NCBI RefSeq assembly: GCF_902713615.1
Contig: NC_052158.1
Span: forward strand, 12,830,546-12,894,545
Reading direction: 5' to 3'
Origin: Scyliorhinus canicula
Lineage: Eukaryota
DNA: 64,000 bases
The number at the start of each line of letters is the position of its first letter. The first letter of the stretch is position 1. Positions 1-13,477 of this stretch are shown here, piece by piece. The position numbers were made by a program, and so were the translations under genes. The notes under the pieces are model-generated. The model worked only from the letters and a program-made list of their open reading frames with translations, was not told the DNA's origin and made no database searches.

Positions 1-615
1 AAGATTAGTAACAATCCTGTTTCATGTTGGAGATTAGCAACAATCCTGGTCTGTGTTTGAGATTAGGAACAATCTTGTTCCCCCTGTGCCTGAGATTACT
101 AACACTCCTGTTCCGTGTTGGAGATCAATAACAATCCTTTTCGGTGTTTGAGATAAGTAACAATCCTTTTCTGTGCTGGAGTTTAGTAACAACCCTGTTC
201 CCTCATACCTGAGATTAGTAATAATCCTGGATCTTGTTGGAGATTAGTAACAATCATGCTCCCCTGTGCCTTAAATTAGTAACAATCCTGCCCCCTGTGT
301 CCGAGATTAGTAACAATCCTGTTCCCCCTGTGTCTGAGATTAGTAGCAATCCTGTTGGTATTTCAGTTAAATAACATCCTGTTCTGTGTTGGAGATTAGT
401 GACAATCCTGTCCTGTGTAGGAGATTATAACAATCCTATTTGGTTTGAGATTATAACAATCCTATTCGGTTTGAGATTAGTAACAATCCTGTTCAGCGTT
501 GGAGATTAGTAGCCATCCTGTTCCATGATAGGGATTATAACAACCTTGTTTTGTGTATGAGATTAGTAACAATCTTGTTCTATGATTGAGATTAGTAACA
601 ATATGGTTCAGTAAT

Positions 616-965
616 GGGCAGCACGGTAGCACAGTGGTTAGCACAATTGCTTCACAGCTCCAGGGTCCCAAGTTCGATTCCCAGCTTGGGTCACTATCTG
701 TGCGGAGTCTGCAAATTCTCCCTGTGTGTGCGTGGGTTTCCTCCGGGTGCTCCGGTTTCCTCCCACAGTCCAAAGATGTGCAGGTTAGGTGGATTGGCCA
801 TGTTAAATTGCCCTTAGTGTCCAAAATTGCCCTTAGTGTTGGGTGGGGTTACTGGGTTATTATAGGGTGGAGGTGTGGACCTTGGGTAGGGTGCTCTTTC
901 CAAGAGCCGGTCCAGACTCGATGGGCCGAATGGCTTCCTTCTGCACTGTATAAATTCTATGAAAT
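616..965 (+). mobile_element. tRNA-derived SINE (shark HE1-like, CR1-type tail)
   Basis: GGGCAGCACGGTAGCACAGTGG head, box B-like GTTCGATTCC, V-SINE-like core, TTCTATG tail. Confidence 0.9.
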
Positions 966-1346
966 CAGTATTGAGATTAGTAACAATACGGTTCAGTGAT
1001 TGAGATTAGTAACAATATGGTTCAATGATTGAGATTAGTAACAATACGGTTTGGTGTTTGAGGTTAGTAACAATCCTGTTTGGTGTTAGACATTAGTGAA
1101 AATTCTGTTCGTGTTTGAGGTGAGTAAAAAATGCTGTGTTTTAGATTAGTAATAATCCTATTCCCAGCATGTTTGACAAGACTAACAATCCTGATCCCAC
1201 TAAATTTGGGATTAGCTAGAATCCTGGTGGATGTTTGAGATTAGTAACAATCCTGTTCTGTGTTTGAGATCAGTAATAATCCTGTTCCGTATATGAGATT
1301 AGTAACAATCTTGTCTGCTGTTTGAGATGAGTAAGAATCCTGTTCT

Positions 1347-1560
1347 GGGCAGCACGATGGCGCAGTGGGTCGCACTGAAGCCTCGTGCGCCGAGGTCCCA
1401 GGTTTGACCCCTGTCCATGTGGAGTTTGCACATTCTCCCCGTGTTTGCGTGGGTTTCGCCCCCACAACCCAAAGATGTGCAGGGTAGGTGGATTTGCCAC
1501 ACTAACTGCCCCTTAATTGGAAAAATGAATTGGGTACTCTAAATTTATTGGAAAAAAAAT
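1347..1560 (+). mobile_element. tRNA-derived SINE (short family with AT-rich tail)
   Basis: GGGCAGCACG head, shared core, ends TTGGGTACTCTAAATTTATT + A-run. Confidence 0.85.
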
Positions 1561-3600
1561 CCCATTCTGTATTTGAGATCAGTAATAATCCTGTTCCATG
1601 TATGAGATTAGTAACAATCCTGTTCCCTGTCTGAGATTAGTAACAACCCTATTCTGTGCTCTAGATTAGTAACAACCATGTTCCCTGTTTGAGATTGGGA
1701 ACAATTATTTTCCTAGCATGTTTCAGACGAGTAACAATTTTGATCCCAATGTGTTTGTCATTACTAACAATCCTGTTCCCATTTTATATAGGATTAATGA
1801 CAATCCTGTTCGATGTTGAGATTAATAACAATCCTGTTCTGTGTCTCAGATTAGTAAGAATCATGTTTCATGTTTGAGATGAGTAACAATCATGTCCCCA
1901 TGTGTTTTCGATCAGTAACAATCATTTTCCTAGTTTGAGATTAGTAACAATCATGATCTCACAGTTCTTGAGATTAGTAACATGACTGTTCTGTGTCTGA
2001 GATTTGTAGCAAACCTGTTCTGTTGATGAGATGAACAACCATCCTGTTCTCTATCCTAGATTAGTAATAATCCTGTTCTCACATGTTTGAGATTAGTAAC
2101 AATCCTGTTCCCTCTACTTGAGATTATTGCAAAATCTGTTCCATGGTTGAGATGAGTAACAATTGCGATCCCAATTTTCACACTAGTAACAATCCTGTTC
2201 ACACCGTGTTTGAGATTACCAACAATCTGTTCCCATTTTATATGGGATTAGTGACAATCCTGTTTGATGTTTGAGATTTGTAGCAATTCTGTTCTGTGTC
2301 TCAGATTAGAAAGAATCCTGTTTTGTATTTGAGATGAGTAACAATCATGTTCCCCTGCGTTTTCAATCAGTAACAAACCCTTTCCTACAGTTTGAGATTG
2401 TAACAATCATGTTCCCACAGTTCTTGAGATTAGTAATATTCTTGTTCCATGCCTGAGATTAGTAACAGTTCTGTTCAGTGTCTCAGATTAGTAGCAAACT
2501 TGTTCTGTTTATGAGATTAGTAACAATCCTGTTCTGTGTCTAGATTAGTAACAGTCCTGTTTCCACTCTGTTTGAGATTTGTAACAATACTATTCCCTCT
2601 GTATTTGAGATTATTGCAAAATTTATTCCTTGTTTGAGCTGAGTAACAATTGTGTTTCTAGTTTTGAGATTAGTAACAATCTTGTTCACACTGTGTTTGA
2701 GGTTAGATGCAATTTTGTTATCAACATATTTTTAGATGAGAAACAATCCTGTTCTTATAGTTTTTGAGATTAATAACAATCCTGTTCCCATGTGTTTTCC
2801 ATTAGTAACAATCCTGAGCCCACCATTTGAGATTATTATCAATCACTTTCCCACAGTTTTTGAGATTAGTGATGGTCCTATTCCGTATCTGAGATTAGTG
2901 ACAATCCTGGTCCATGTTTGAGGTAAGTAAGCAATGCTTTTCCATATTTTAGATTAGGAACAATCCTATTCCCAATGTCTTTGACATTACTAACACTCCT
3001 GATCCCACTATATTTGGGATTGGTGACAATCCTATTCGTTATTTGTGATTAGTAATAATCCTGTTCTGTGTTTGAGATTAGGAGCAATCCTGTTCTGTGC
3101 CTGTAATTAGTAACAATCCTGTTCTGTGTCCTAGATTAGTAATAGTCCTGTTCCGTGATTAAGATTCATAACAATTCTGTTGCATGTCTGAGATTAGTAA
3201 CAATCCTGTTTCGTTTATGAAATCAATAACAATCCTGTTCTGTGTCCCAGATTAGTAACAATCCATTTCATGTCTGAGATTAGTAACAATCCTGTTCCAT
3301 GTCTGTGATTAGTAACAATCCTATTCCCACTGTTTTTGAGATTAGTTACAATCCTATTCCATGTCTGAGATTAGCAACAATCCATTTCTATGTCTGAGGT
3401 TGATAACAGTCCTGTGCCGTGTCAGAGGTTACTAAAAATCCATTTCCGTATTTGAGATTAGCAACAATCCTGTTCCATGTTTGTCATTAGTAACAATTGT
3501 TCTGCCACTCTTAGAAAGCGAGCAGTCAATTCTAGCCCCACATGCCAAGGAGTCACAACACAAGTGAATTAACTAATAATTCTTATCAAAATACCCGTCC

Positions 3601-6170
3601 TTAACAAGGTCTTTAAGGAATTCTATGAGATGTTGTACAGTTGTGAACCACCTGGGAGAGACCGGGAGATGCAGGAATTTATAGATGGGCTGGAGTACCC
3701 GAGGTTAGGGGAGGGGGACAGGGCTACATTACAAAGGGCGATAGTGGAGCAGGAGATAAAAGATGCGATTGGGAGGATGCAGTCAGGGAAGGTGGCAGGG
3801 CTGGATGGGTTTCCGGTGGAATATTATTTTAAAAATTCAAGGATTAGCCGGCACCGCTGATGGTGGGTATGTTTGAGGAGGTGATAGGGAAGTGGGTGTT
3901 GCCACAAACTTTGGGGCAGGCATTGATTTCCCTGTTTCTTAAAAAAGACAAGGATCAGACGAGTGTGGATCAAATTGGCCCATATCACTTTTAAATGTGG
4001 ACACAAAGATATTGGCGAAGATACTGGCAGGTAAACTGGTGGAGTGCTTCCCAAAGGTGATGGGTGAAGATCAGATGGGATTTGTGAGAGGGAGGCAGCT
4101 CTTTTCGAACATTAGGAGGGTATTGAATGTGGTTATGGCACTGGCGGAGGGGAAGGAAACGGAGGTGGTTGTGGCATTGGATGCCGAGAAAGCGTTTGAC
4201 TGGTAGAATGGGGGTACTTGATGGCAGTTCTGGAGCAGTTTGTGATTGGACCATGATTTGTGGACTGGGTAAAGCTACTGTACAAGGAGCCGAGGGCGAG
4301 TGTCTGCACAAATAACGTCAGCTCAGGATACTTTTTTCTCCACTGTGAGACCAGGCAGGGATGTCCTATGTCACCTCTGCTGTTTGCACTCGCAATTGAG
4401 CCATTGGCCATCGCGTTAAGTTTTGGGGTATGGAAAGGAATAGTGCGGGGTGGGGGGTGTAGAGTATAGGATGCCCTTATATGCTGATGACTTGCTGTTA
4501 TACATGTTGGAATCAAGTGTGCCAATAGGGGGAATATTGGAGCCGCTTCGAGTGTTTGGGTCTTTCTCATGGTACAAATTAAATCTGGGCAAGAGTGAGT
4601 ATCTTGTGGTGTCTCGGACAGGGGTGGATGAAGGGATGGGGGGGCGGAGGGGGGCCTTCCGTAGGGCTGGGACTCACTTTAGATATTGGGGGGTGCAGGT
4701 TGCTCTGGATTGGGAGGGGGGCCTCCATAGGTACAACATTTCTAGTTTGGTGGGGAGGATGAAAGCTGATCTGGCAAGGTGGGATCAGGGTCAGGTCATG
4801 ACGGGTCAGGTACAGGTGGTTAAAATGAACATGTTGCCGCGATTTTTATTTATTTTCCAATGCCTGCTGATTTTCCTGCCAAAGGCTATTTTTAGAGAGA
4901 TTGAAGGAATTATTACCTCGTTCATATGTGGAGGGAAGGTGGCCAGAATTAGAAAGGTGTTGCTACAGAGGGGAAGGCAGGCAGGGGATTTGGGTCTTCC
5001 GAACCTGATGTATTACTACTGGGGAGCGAATGTAGAGAAGGTACGGAGCTGGGTCGGAGGGGTTGATTCCCAGTGGGTCAGAATGGAGGAGAGTTTGTGT
5101 AGGGGTCGGGATTGAAGGCGCTAGCAACAGCGCCGTTCCCAGGGACATACTCAGGGAGTCCGGTAATAATAGCTTCATTGAGAATTTGCAGGCAGTTTTG
5201 CCAGTTCTTTGGATTGGGGCAGGGTCAAGGGAAATGCCAATTCGGGGGAACCACAGATTTGAGCCAGGGAAGTGGGATGGAAATTTTCAGAGATGGGAGG
5301 ACAAGGAAATTAGGACACTAAAAGATTTGTTTCTTGGGGGTCGGTTTGCAGGACTGAAGGAGCTGGGAGTGAAGTATGGGCTCAAACAGGGGGAAAATGT
5401 TTAGATACATGCAGGTTTGAGATTTTGCCAATAAGGAGATAGGAGTTTCCCGGTGGAGCTGGCCTCCACGTTGCTGGAAGAGGTGCTGACGACAGGGGCT
5501 CTTTGAGGTGGTAGAAGGTGTTCGTGAACATTACGGGGAGGGCTCCGCAAACCACTTTTATATGTTTTGGTCCTATCCAAAGCTGGAGATTACTGGAAGG
5601 AGGTTTTAGGGTAATCTCTAAAGTGGTGCATGTGAAACTGGACCCGGGCCCTCGGGAGGGCATATTTGGGGTATCAGACCAGCCGGGGTTGGAAATGGGT
5701 GCAGGAACAGATGTTGTAGCCTCGCCTCGTTGATTGCCCGAAGGCAGATCCCGTTGGGATGGAGATCAACCTCTCCACCCTGTGCCCTTGGTGTGGCGGA
5801 GGGACCTGCTGGAATTCTTGACGCTTGAGAAGGTTAAGTTTGAACTGAAGGAAAGGATGGAGGGGTTTTACAATTCATGGGCGTTATTCATTACGCACTT
5901 TAGAAAATTGGATTACATTGAACATTAGGGGGGCGGATCGGAGGGTTGGGGGGAGGGGGACTGAATGTGTTAATGGTGATTGTGGGGGATTCCTTATTCC
6001 TTTTTGTTTATGTTAACATGCGGGTTGTTGTTTGGGGGTTGGGTGGGAGGATGGGATTGTTGTTATTGATATGCGGATTGACATTGCATTTGTTATTGAT
6101 TATTATTTGTTAGTGGGTGTAAATTTGGAAGAAATTGTGAAAAAGAATAAAAAATTGTGTTTTAAAAAAA
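3601..6170 (+). mobile_element. 5'-truncated, frameshifted L1-clade LINE (ORF2 reverse transcriptase and 3' UTR)
   Basis: ORF fragments GKVAGLDGFPVEYY, LDAEKAFD, QGCPMSPLLFALAIEPLA, YADDLLLY; G-rich 3' UTR; AATAAA at 6146 followed by an A-run. Confidence 0.9.
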
Positions 6171-6258
6171 ATTCCTGTCTTTGGCCCTCGGCTGCCCAAT
6201 AATTACAGTCACCAGGTTTGTAAGTTGAAGCACAATTACTGTTTATTTATGACACAGG

Positions 6259-6526
6259 TAAATAATAATCTTTATTGTCACAAGTAGGCTTGAAAAGCCC
6301 CTGGTCGCCACACTCCAGCACCTGTTTGGTTACACAGAGGGTGAATTCAGAATGTCCAAATTACCTAACAGCACGTCTTTGGGGACTTTTGGGAGGAAAC
6401 CGGAGCACCCGGAGGAAACCCACACAGACACAGGGAGAGCGTGCAGACTCCACAGACAGTGACTCAGCCAGGAATCGAACCCGGAATCCTGGCGCTGTGA
6501 AGCCACAGTGCTACCCACTGTGCTAA
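6259..6526 (-). mobile_element. tRNA-derived SINE (family ending CCTACTTGTGACAATAAAGATTATT)
   Basis: Reverse complement of the SINE head and core with an (ATT)n tail. Confidence 0.85.
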
Positions 6527-9135
6527 CATGGGTAATGCTGAAATATGCAATAATTCCAACTGAATAACAAACAAGGTAACCTACTAACCCCTTTAACTGT
6601 CCCATCCTTGACCAACATAGACAAGACCAACAGACACAGAGGATGTGGTTGGGCGGGAGGTGGGGGAGGGGTGGAAATAGTAAGGACGAAGATCAAAGAT
6701 GAATCTTTGCTTTTAATGGTTATTCTGTAGCAGGCGTTCCTCGCAGAACGTTGGTTGATCAAAGCCTTTGGTACACAGCTGGTGATGGTCTTCTTTGCAG
6801 ACTCATTCAATCAGTACAGTATACAGGCAGCAGGCCTTCTAGAGGGTCACTTTAGTTGTTATCAAACTGGGCCTTCAACTCGAGGCTCGCACTCAGGCTT
6901 ATTTTTTCTTGAGACACTACATTTCACATCAAACCCCTGCTTCCAGCTCCTGGTTTGACGTCATGCCTTTGCAGCCTCGATAAAATGGTACCCAAACTTA
7001 CTGGAAAGAGTGAATGTCCTCATGGTGGCCTTCTGAAGAGAGTTTAGCTGGATCTTCTGGGTGAGAAATAATTAGAACCTCCATTAAAGCTGCAGAATCA
7101 AAAGTGAAACCAAAAACCCTTGAAGCTCTACAACAGTCCAGTGGGGTGAGATCCAATGACCATCTGTTACCGGGCAGAGCACAGCTTTTTGGGCCAATTC
7201 GTTGGCCAGCAGCACATCAATCAAACCAATTCATCACTGAGGCCATCTAATCTCCAATCACCACAGCACAGCCTTATGTATGAATTAAAGGTACAGGTTG
7301 TTTAGCCTTAATTTCACAAGTCCATTAAACATCCAGGGATCAAAAATGCAACAACAAAAATAAGAGAAAGGGGAAACAAGGGATCAAACAAGGAAAACAC
7401 AGGATCAAACAGGAAGGACCTTTACACAATCCTGTTCTCAATGTTTTTGAGATTAGGTGCAATCCTGTTCCATGTCTGAGATCAGTAACAATCCTGTTCC
7501 ATGTTCATGATTAGTAACAATCGTGTTCTGAGTCTGATATTAGTAACAATGCTGTTCCAGGATTAAGAGATTAGTAACAATTCCATTCTACGTTTGAGAT
7601 TAATTACAATCCTGTGCCACGTCTGATATTACTCACAATCCATTTCCATATCTGAGATTAATTACAATTCTGCTGCGTCTGAGATTAATAATAATCGTGT
7701 TCCGTGTCTGAGATTCATAAAAATCCTGTTCCATGCCTGAAATTAGTAACGATCCTGATCCATGTCTGAGATTAGTAACTATCCTGTTCCGAGTCTGAGA
7801 TTAGTAACGATCCTGTTCCGAGTCTGATATTAGTAACAATCCTGCTTCGGGTCTGACATTAATAACAATCCTGCTCCGGGTCTGAGATTAGGAACAATTC
7901 TGTCTAAAATTAGGAACAATCTTGTACCCTGTCAGTGATTATGAACAATCTATTTCCGTGTCTGAGATTAGTAACAACCCTGTTCCTTGTCTGGTCCATT
8001 AAACATCCAGGGATCAAAAATGCAACAACAAAAATAAGAGAAAGGGGAAACAAGGGATCAAACAAGGAAAAAACAGGATCAAACAGGAAGGACCTTTACA
8101 CAATCCTGTTCTCAATGTTTTTGAGATTAGGTGCAATCCTGTTCCATGTCTGAGATCAGTAACAATCCTGTTCCATGTTCATGATTAGTAACAATCGTGT
8201 TCTGAGTCTGATATTAGCAACAATGCTGTTCCATGATTAAGAGATTAGTAACAATTCCATTCTACGTTTGAGATTAATTACAATCCTGTGCCACGTCTGA
8301 TATTACTCACAATCCATTTCCATATCTGAGATTAATTACAATTCTGCTGTGTCTGAGATTAATAATAATCGTGTTCCGTGTCTGAGATTCGTAAAAATCC
8401 TGTTCCATGCCTGAAATTAGTAACGATCCTGATCCATGTCTGAGATTAGTAACTATCCTGTTCCGAGTCTGAGATTAGTAACGATCCTGTTCCGAGTCTG
8501 AGATTATTAACAATCCTGTACCATGTCTGTGATTACTAACAATCCTGCTCTGTGTCTGAGATAAGGAACAATCCATTTCTGTGTGTGAGATTTGTAATAA
8601 TCCAGTTCCGTATTTGTGATGAGCAACAATCCTGTTCCCACTGTTCTTTAAGATTAGTTGTATTCCTGTTCCATGTCTGAGATTAGTAACAATCCTGTTC
8701 TATGTCTGAGATTAGTAACAATCCTGTTCTGTGTCTGAGATTAGTAACAATCCTGCTCCATCTTTGTGATTAGTAACAATCCTGTTCCCACCACTTTTGA
8801 GATTAGTTGCAGTCCTGTTTGATGTATGAGATGAGTAACAATCCTGTTCCATGCCTGAGTTAAGTAACAATCCTGTTGCGTGTCTGATTAGTAACAATTC
8901 TGTCCTGTGTCTGAGTTTAGTAACAATCCTGATCCGTTTAGGAGGTTAGCAACAATCCTGTCCCATATATGAAATCAGTAACAATCAAGTTCTATGTATG
9001 ATATTAATCACAATCCTGTTCCATGTATCAGAGTCGGAACAATTGTGTTCCATGTCAGAAATTAATAACAATACAGTTCCATGTTTAAGGTTAGTAACAA
9101 TCCAGTTCCCTGTATGAGATTAGTAACAATCGTGT

Positions 9136-9870
9136 TTGGCTAATGGTAAGATTCTTGGTAGTGTGGATGAGCAGAGGGATCTCGGTGTCCATGTACATAG
9201 ATCCCTGAAAGTTGCCACCCAGGTTGATAGGGTTGTGAAGAAGGCCTATGGTGTGTTGGCCTTTATTGGTAGAGGGATTGAGTTCCGGAGCCATGAGGTC
9301 ATGTTGCAGTTGTACAAAACTCTAGTACGGCCGCATTTGGAGTATTGCGTACAGTTCTGGTCGCCTCATTATAGGAAGGACGTGGAAGCTTTGGAACGGG
9401 TGCAGAGATTTACCAGGATGTTGCCTGGTATGGAGGGAAAATCTTATGAGGAAAGGCTGATGGACTTGAGGTTGTTTTCGTTAGAGAGAAGAAGGTTAAG
9501 AGGTAACTTAATAGAGGCATACAAAATGATCAGAGGGTTAGATAGGGTGGACAGTGAGAGCCTTCTCCCACGGATGGAGGTGGCTAGGACGAGGGGACAT
9601 AGCCTTAAATTGAGGGGTAATAGATATAGGACAGAGGTCAGAGGTAGGTTTTTTACGCAAAGAGTGGTGAGGCCGTGGAATGCCCTACCTGCAACAGTAG
9701 TGAACTCGCCAACATTGAGGGCATTTAAAAGTTTATTGGATAAGCATATGGATGATAATGGCATAGTGTAGGTTAGATGGCCTTTAGGTTTTGACTTCCC
9801 ATGTCGGTGCAACATCGTGGGCCGAAGGGCCTGCACTGCGCTGTATCATTCTATGTTCTATGTTCTATGT
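9136..9870 (+). mobile_element. CR1 LINE 3' fragment (ORF2 C-terminus and 3' UTR)
   Basis: 211-aa ORF with LVRPHLEYCVQFWSPHYRKD and FFTQRVVRPWNALP; (TTCTATG)n tail. Confidence 0.92.
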
Positions 9871-10009
9871 TCCATGTCTGTGATTAGTAATAAACCTGTT
9901 CCATGTACGGGATTAGTGACAAGCCTGTTCCATGTCTACGATTTTTAACAATCCTGTTATTTATCTGAGATTAGATATAATATTGATTTGTGTTTGAGAT
10001 CAGTGTAAT

Positions 10010-10313
10010 ATAATAATCTTCATTATCACAAGTAGGCTTACATTAACACTGCAAAGAAGTTACTGGGAAAAGCCCCTAGTCGTCACACTCCGGCGCCTGT
10101 TCGGGTACACGGAGGGAGAATTTAGAATGTACAAATTACCTAACAGCTCGTCTTTCAGGACTTGAGAGAGGAAACTGGAGCACCCGGAGGAAACCCACGC
10201 AGACACGGGGAGAACGTGGACTCCAGACAGACAGTGACCCAAGCCGGGAATCGAACCTGGGACCCTGGAGCTGTGAAGCAACAATGCTACCCACTGTGCT
10301 ACCGTGCTGCCCA
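10010..10313 (-). mobile_element. tRNA-derived SINE
   Basis: Same family as 6259-6526, full length. Confidence 0.85.
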
Positions 10314-11730
10314 CAACTTTCCTGATCCCACCGTCTTCGAGATTACTAATTCTCCTGTTCACACAGGGTTTGAGTTTAGTAACAATCCTATTTCCCAGTG
10401 TGATTGTGATAAGTAACAATCCTGTTCCCATCCTGTTTGTGATTAATAACAATCCTGTTCCATGTATGAAGTTAGTAACAATCCCGTTCCATGTATCAGA
10501 TTAGTAACAATCCTGTTCTGTGTATGAGGTTAGTAACAATCAAGTTCTAAGTATGATATTAATAACAATCCTGTTTCACGTATGAGATTAGGAACAAACC
10601 AATTCCATGTATGAGATCAGCAATAATCGTATTCCATGTCAGATATTAGTAACAGTTCTGTATATGAGGTTAGTAACAATCTTGTTCCATATACGGAATT
10701 AGTAACAATCCTGTTCGGTGTCTAAGATTCGTAACAATCCTGCTCCGTATTTGAGATTAGTAAAAATCCTGTTCCACATTTTGAGATTAGTAACAATCCT
10801 GTTCCTTCCATGTCTGAGATTAGCAACAATCCTGAGCCGTGTTTGGGATTAGTAACAATCCTGTACCCACCACATTTGACATTAATAACAATCATGTTCC
10901 TACTGTGTTTGAGTCAAGTAGCAATTCTGTTCTATGTTTGAGATTAGTAACGATCCTCTTACCACCTTGTTCGAGATTAGTAACAATCCATTTCTGTGTC
11001 TCAGATTGCAAACAATCCTTTTCACACTGTTTTTAAGATTAATAATAATCCTGTTGTCGCAGTTTTTGACAATGATTAATAATCCTGTTGCTTCCCCAAG
11101 TTTGTGATTAGTAAACTCACTTTTTAAAAATAAATTTAGAGTACCCAATTCATTTTTCCAATTAAGGGGCAATTTAGCATGGCCAATTCAGCTAGCCTGC
11201 ACATCTTTGGGTTGTGGGGGCGAAAGAGATTAGTAAACTCACTTGATGACAAATTAATCAGGCAATAAGAGTGATTGCAAAATTTGATTGTATTCGATAA
11301 GCAGGCGAAGATCGTGCCCAATATTATCCTCCGAGCTGAACTGAACAACCATCGCAAAACTGCATAAAAACCACACATTCAATCCTTTAAATTTAACTAG
11401 AGTGATTGAGAGCCCAGCATGCAAAACACAAGCTCACAAGATGGATTTGCAGGGTTACTGGGAGCAGACAGGTCAATCTGTGCTGGAGGGGTAGCAGACA
11501 GACCAGGTCCTGTACTAACCGGGGTCAGTTACCTGCTCAGCTCCCATTGGGAACTGACTTAGCAGCAGAACTATTACCCTAAGCCTGTACTGAATGCAGG
11601 CTGGGCCCCAACTGGAGGGTGGGAGGGGGAGGGTAGAGCGGATAACTGGTGACCTCCACTCTCCACCTGTGCCCAAATTGACAGGGCACCTGAAGAGGGA
11701 AAAGATGTTTGGGTAAAGATGGCAGAGAGA

Positions 11731-11955
11731 GGGCAGCACGGTGGCGCAGTGGTTAGAGCTGCTGCCTCACGGCGCCAAGGTCCCAGGTTCGATCCCGGCT
11801 CTGGGTCACTGTCCATTTGGAGTTTGCACATTCTACCTGTGTTTGCGTGGGTTTCGCCCCCACAACCCAAAAGATATGCAAGGTAGGTGGATTGGCCACG
11901 CTAAATTGCCCCTTAATTTGAAAAAATGAATTGGGTACTCTACATTTAAAAAAAA
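11731..11955 (+). mobile_element. tRNA-derived SINE downstream of ZBTB12-like copy 1
   Basis: SINE head and core; flanking direct repeat AAAGATGGCAGAGAGA (TSD). Confidence 0.88.
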
Positions 11956-12075
11956 GATGGCAGAGAGAGGTGCAGATGCTGTGTGTCTTTACAGGAGGGC
12001 GGGTCCAATTTGCGTTTCCGGGACTGTTGAAGAACCCCCCCCCCCCCACACACCACTGCCCGACCCCCACACGGG

Positions 12076-13314
12076 CTAGGGAATCACCACGTTGATCTCG
12101 GCCAGCTTGCTCTCAGTGGAGTTCTTGCCGGTGGTCTTGCCATGTTGGTCACGCAGGTGGACCCGCAGGGTGTTGTAGTGGGTGAAGCGCATGTCGCAGT
12201 AGTTGCAGCAATGGGGCGAGTCGCCGCTGTGTACATTCATGTGGTCCTTGAGCGAGCGGTTCTGGGTGAATGTCTTGCCGCAGATGGCGCAGCAGTACGG
12301 CTTGAAGCCGGTGTGCACGTTGATGTGCTGGGCCAGCCGAGCGTTCTTCTTGAAGACCTTGCCGCACAGCAGGCACATGTAGAGCTTGTGGACCACCATG
12401 TGGGCGGCCAGGTGCTCGCGGTGCTCAAAGGGAGCGCCGCACTCGGAGCAGTGCACTGGCTCGGGTCGCCCGGGGGCTTCTGCCCTGGTGCCTGCTGCTG
12501 ACGCCGACTCTTCCCCGGGCCGGTAGAAGCCACCATAGAAGCCACCGGTGCGGTACTCCTCGCTGGCCGAGCTCTCGTAGTCTTCCTCTTCCTGCAGCTC
12601 TTCCTGAACCACTACGAATCCCTCGTCCTCCATCCCCTCGGCCTTGGCACGCTCCGGATAACCCAGGGCCCCTTCGCAACCCCGGCTGCCCTCTACCGTG
12701 GAGTGTATGCGACAGTCAGTCTCCAGGTAGGCAGCAGCGCCTTCCTGCTCTCCGGGGAGACCCGGGTGTGCCGGCTCAGTCTCCACCTTTACTGGCTCAC
12801 CTCCGGGCACTGCACCCTTGCCCGTCGGCCAGCCAGGGAGGCTCTCCGGCTCGGACGCTAGCCGTTCTGAGGAGCTGGCGATCTGCGGTGTGCCTGGGCG
12901 CCCTTCCCCCTCGCCCTCCTCGGTGATCAGCGAGGCCACACAAGGCGACAGCGACTGCCGGCACTTCTCCACCACGTGCTCCATCTGGAGGCAACTGGCC
13001 GCCGTCAGGTAGTCCACGATATCCCGGAATGGGAATTCCAGCCTCCCAGTATAGCAGGAAAGCAACAGTTGCAGCACCACCTCCGATGCAGCCATGGGGA
13101 AGACCTGCACCTCTTGCGAGGGGTTCATGTGGAAGCGGTCCCTCAGGAAGGGGGAGCAGGCTGCCAGCACCACCCGGTGCCCGGGGAACCGCAGTCCCCC
13201 CACCAGAATGGTCACATCGCAGAACCACTCCTCCAAACGCAGCTCGTTCATCTTCTTCATCGTTGCCCCATCATGGTCGGGAAATTGGAATCGCAACAGC
13301 TTCCCCGTCGCCAT
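12076..13314 (-). CDS. ZBTB12: ZBTB12-like BTB/POZ zinc-finger protein, copy 1 (412 aa, single coding exon)
   Basis: BTB domain ([36 protein letters not shown]...LLLSCYTG...[17 protein letters not shown]), four C2H2 fingers, and ZBTB12-type C-terminus QHGKTT...AEINVVIP. The start is placed at ATG 13314 because a polypyrimidine/CAG acceptor (13327-13326) lies 11 nt upstream. Some finger residues resemble ZBTB26. Confidence 0.85.
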   Translation of the reverse strand: MATGKLLRFQFPDHDGATMKKMNELRLEEWFCDVTILVGGLRFPGHRVVLAACSPFLRDRFHMNPSQEVQVFPMAASEVVLQLLLSCYTGRLEFPFRDIVDYLTAASCLQMEHVVEKCRQSLSPCVASLITEEGEGEGRPGTPQIASSSERLASEPESLPGWPTGKGAVPGGEPVKVETEPAHPGLPGEQEGAAAYLETDCRIHSTVEGSRGCEGALGYPERAKAEGMEDEGFVVVQEELQEEEDYESSASEEYRTGGFYGGFYRPGEESASAAGTRAEAPGRPEPVHCSECGAPFEHREHLAAHMVVHKLYMCLLCGKVFKKNARLAQHINVHTGFKPYCCAICGKTFTQNRSLKDHMNVHSGDSPHCCNYCDMRFTHYNTLRVHLRDQHGKTTGKNSTESKLAEINVVIP

Positions 13315-13477
13315 CGTTCTCCCAGCTGAAAGGGGAAAGATAGATGGAAGTTTTAGGATGTTGTTAGGTTGCATTGTTGCTACGCAGGTATCGGACGGTG
13401 GAAAGCCAACTGACCACGTAAAGATTCTCCTTCATTTATAGCAGCGCAAGGCTGAGGGCCGAGTTGATGGATAATTC

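Larger units (their letters stand above)
3498..7426. mobile_element. Solo LTR-like element (~1.1 kb once the nested L1 and SINE are removed)
   Basis: Non-satellite sequence starts TGT (3498) and ends ACA (7426), flanked by CAAT at 3494-3497 and 7427-7430. Removing it restores the satellite unit TAACAATCCTGTT. Confidence 0.65.
1..11240. repeat. Degenerate ~29-bp (29-33 bp variants) tandem satellite, consensus ~GAGATTAGTAACAATCCTGTTCCATGTCT, interrupted by SINEs, a solo LTR, L1 and CR1; runs off the left edge
   Basis: The GAGATTAGTAACAATCCTGTT core recurs every ~29-33 bp in 1-3497, 7427-9130, 9870-10005 and 10330-11240. Confidence 0.95.

Noticed and set aside
616-700. tRNA-like sequences at SINE heads
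   Set aside because: SINE Pol III heads rather than tRNA genes; no complete cloverleaf.
1-11240. CRISPR-like look of a conserved core with variable segments
   Set aside because: The variable parts are only ~8-12 bp and related to each other, the context is eukaryotic, and there are no cas genes. It is a satellite.
13315-13374. 20-aa N-terminal extension of ZBTB12 copy 1 in the ORF track
   Set aside because: It crosses a clear splice acceptor, and homology starts at the ATG at 13314.
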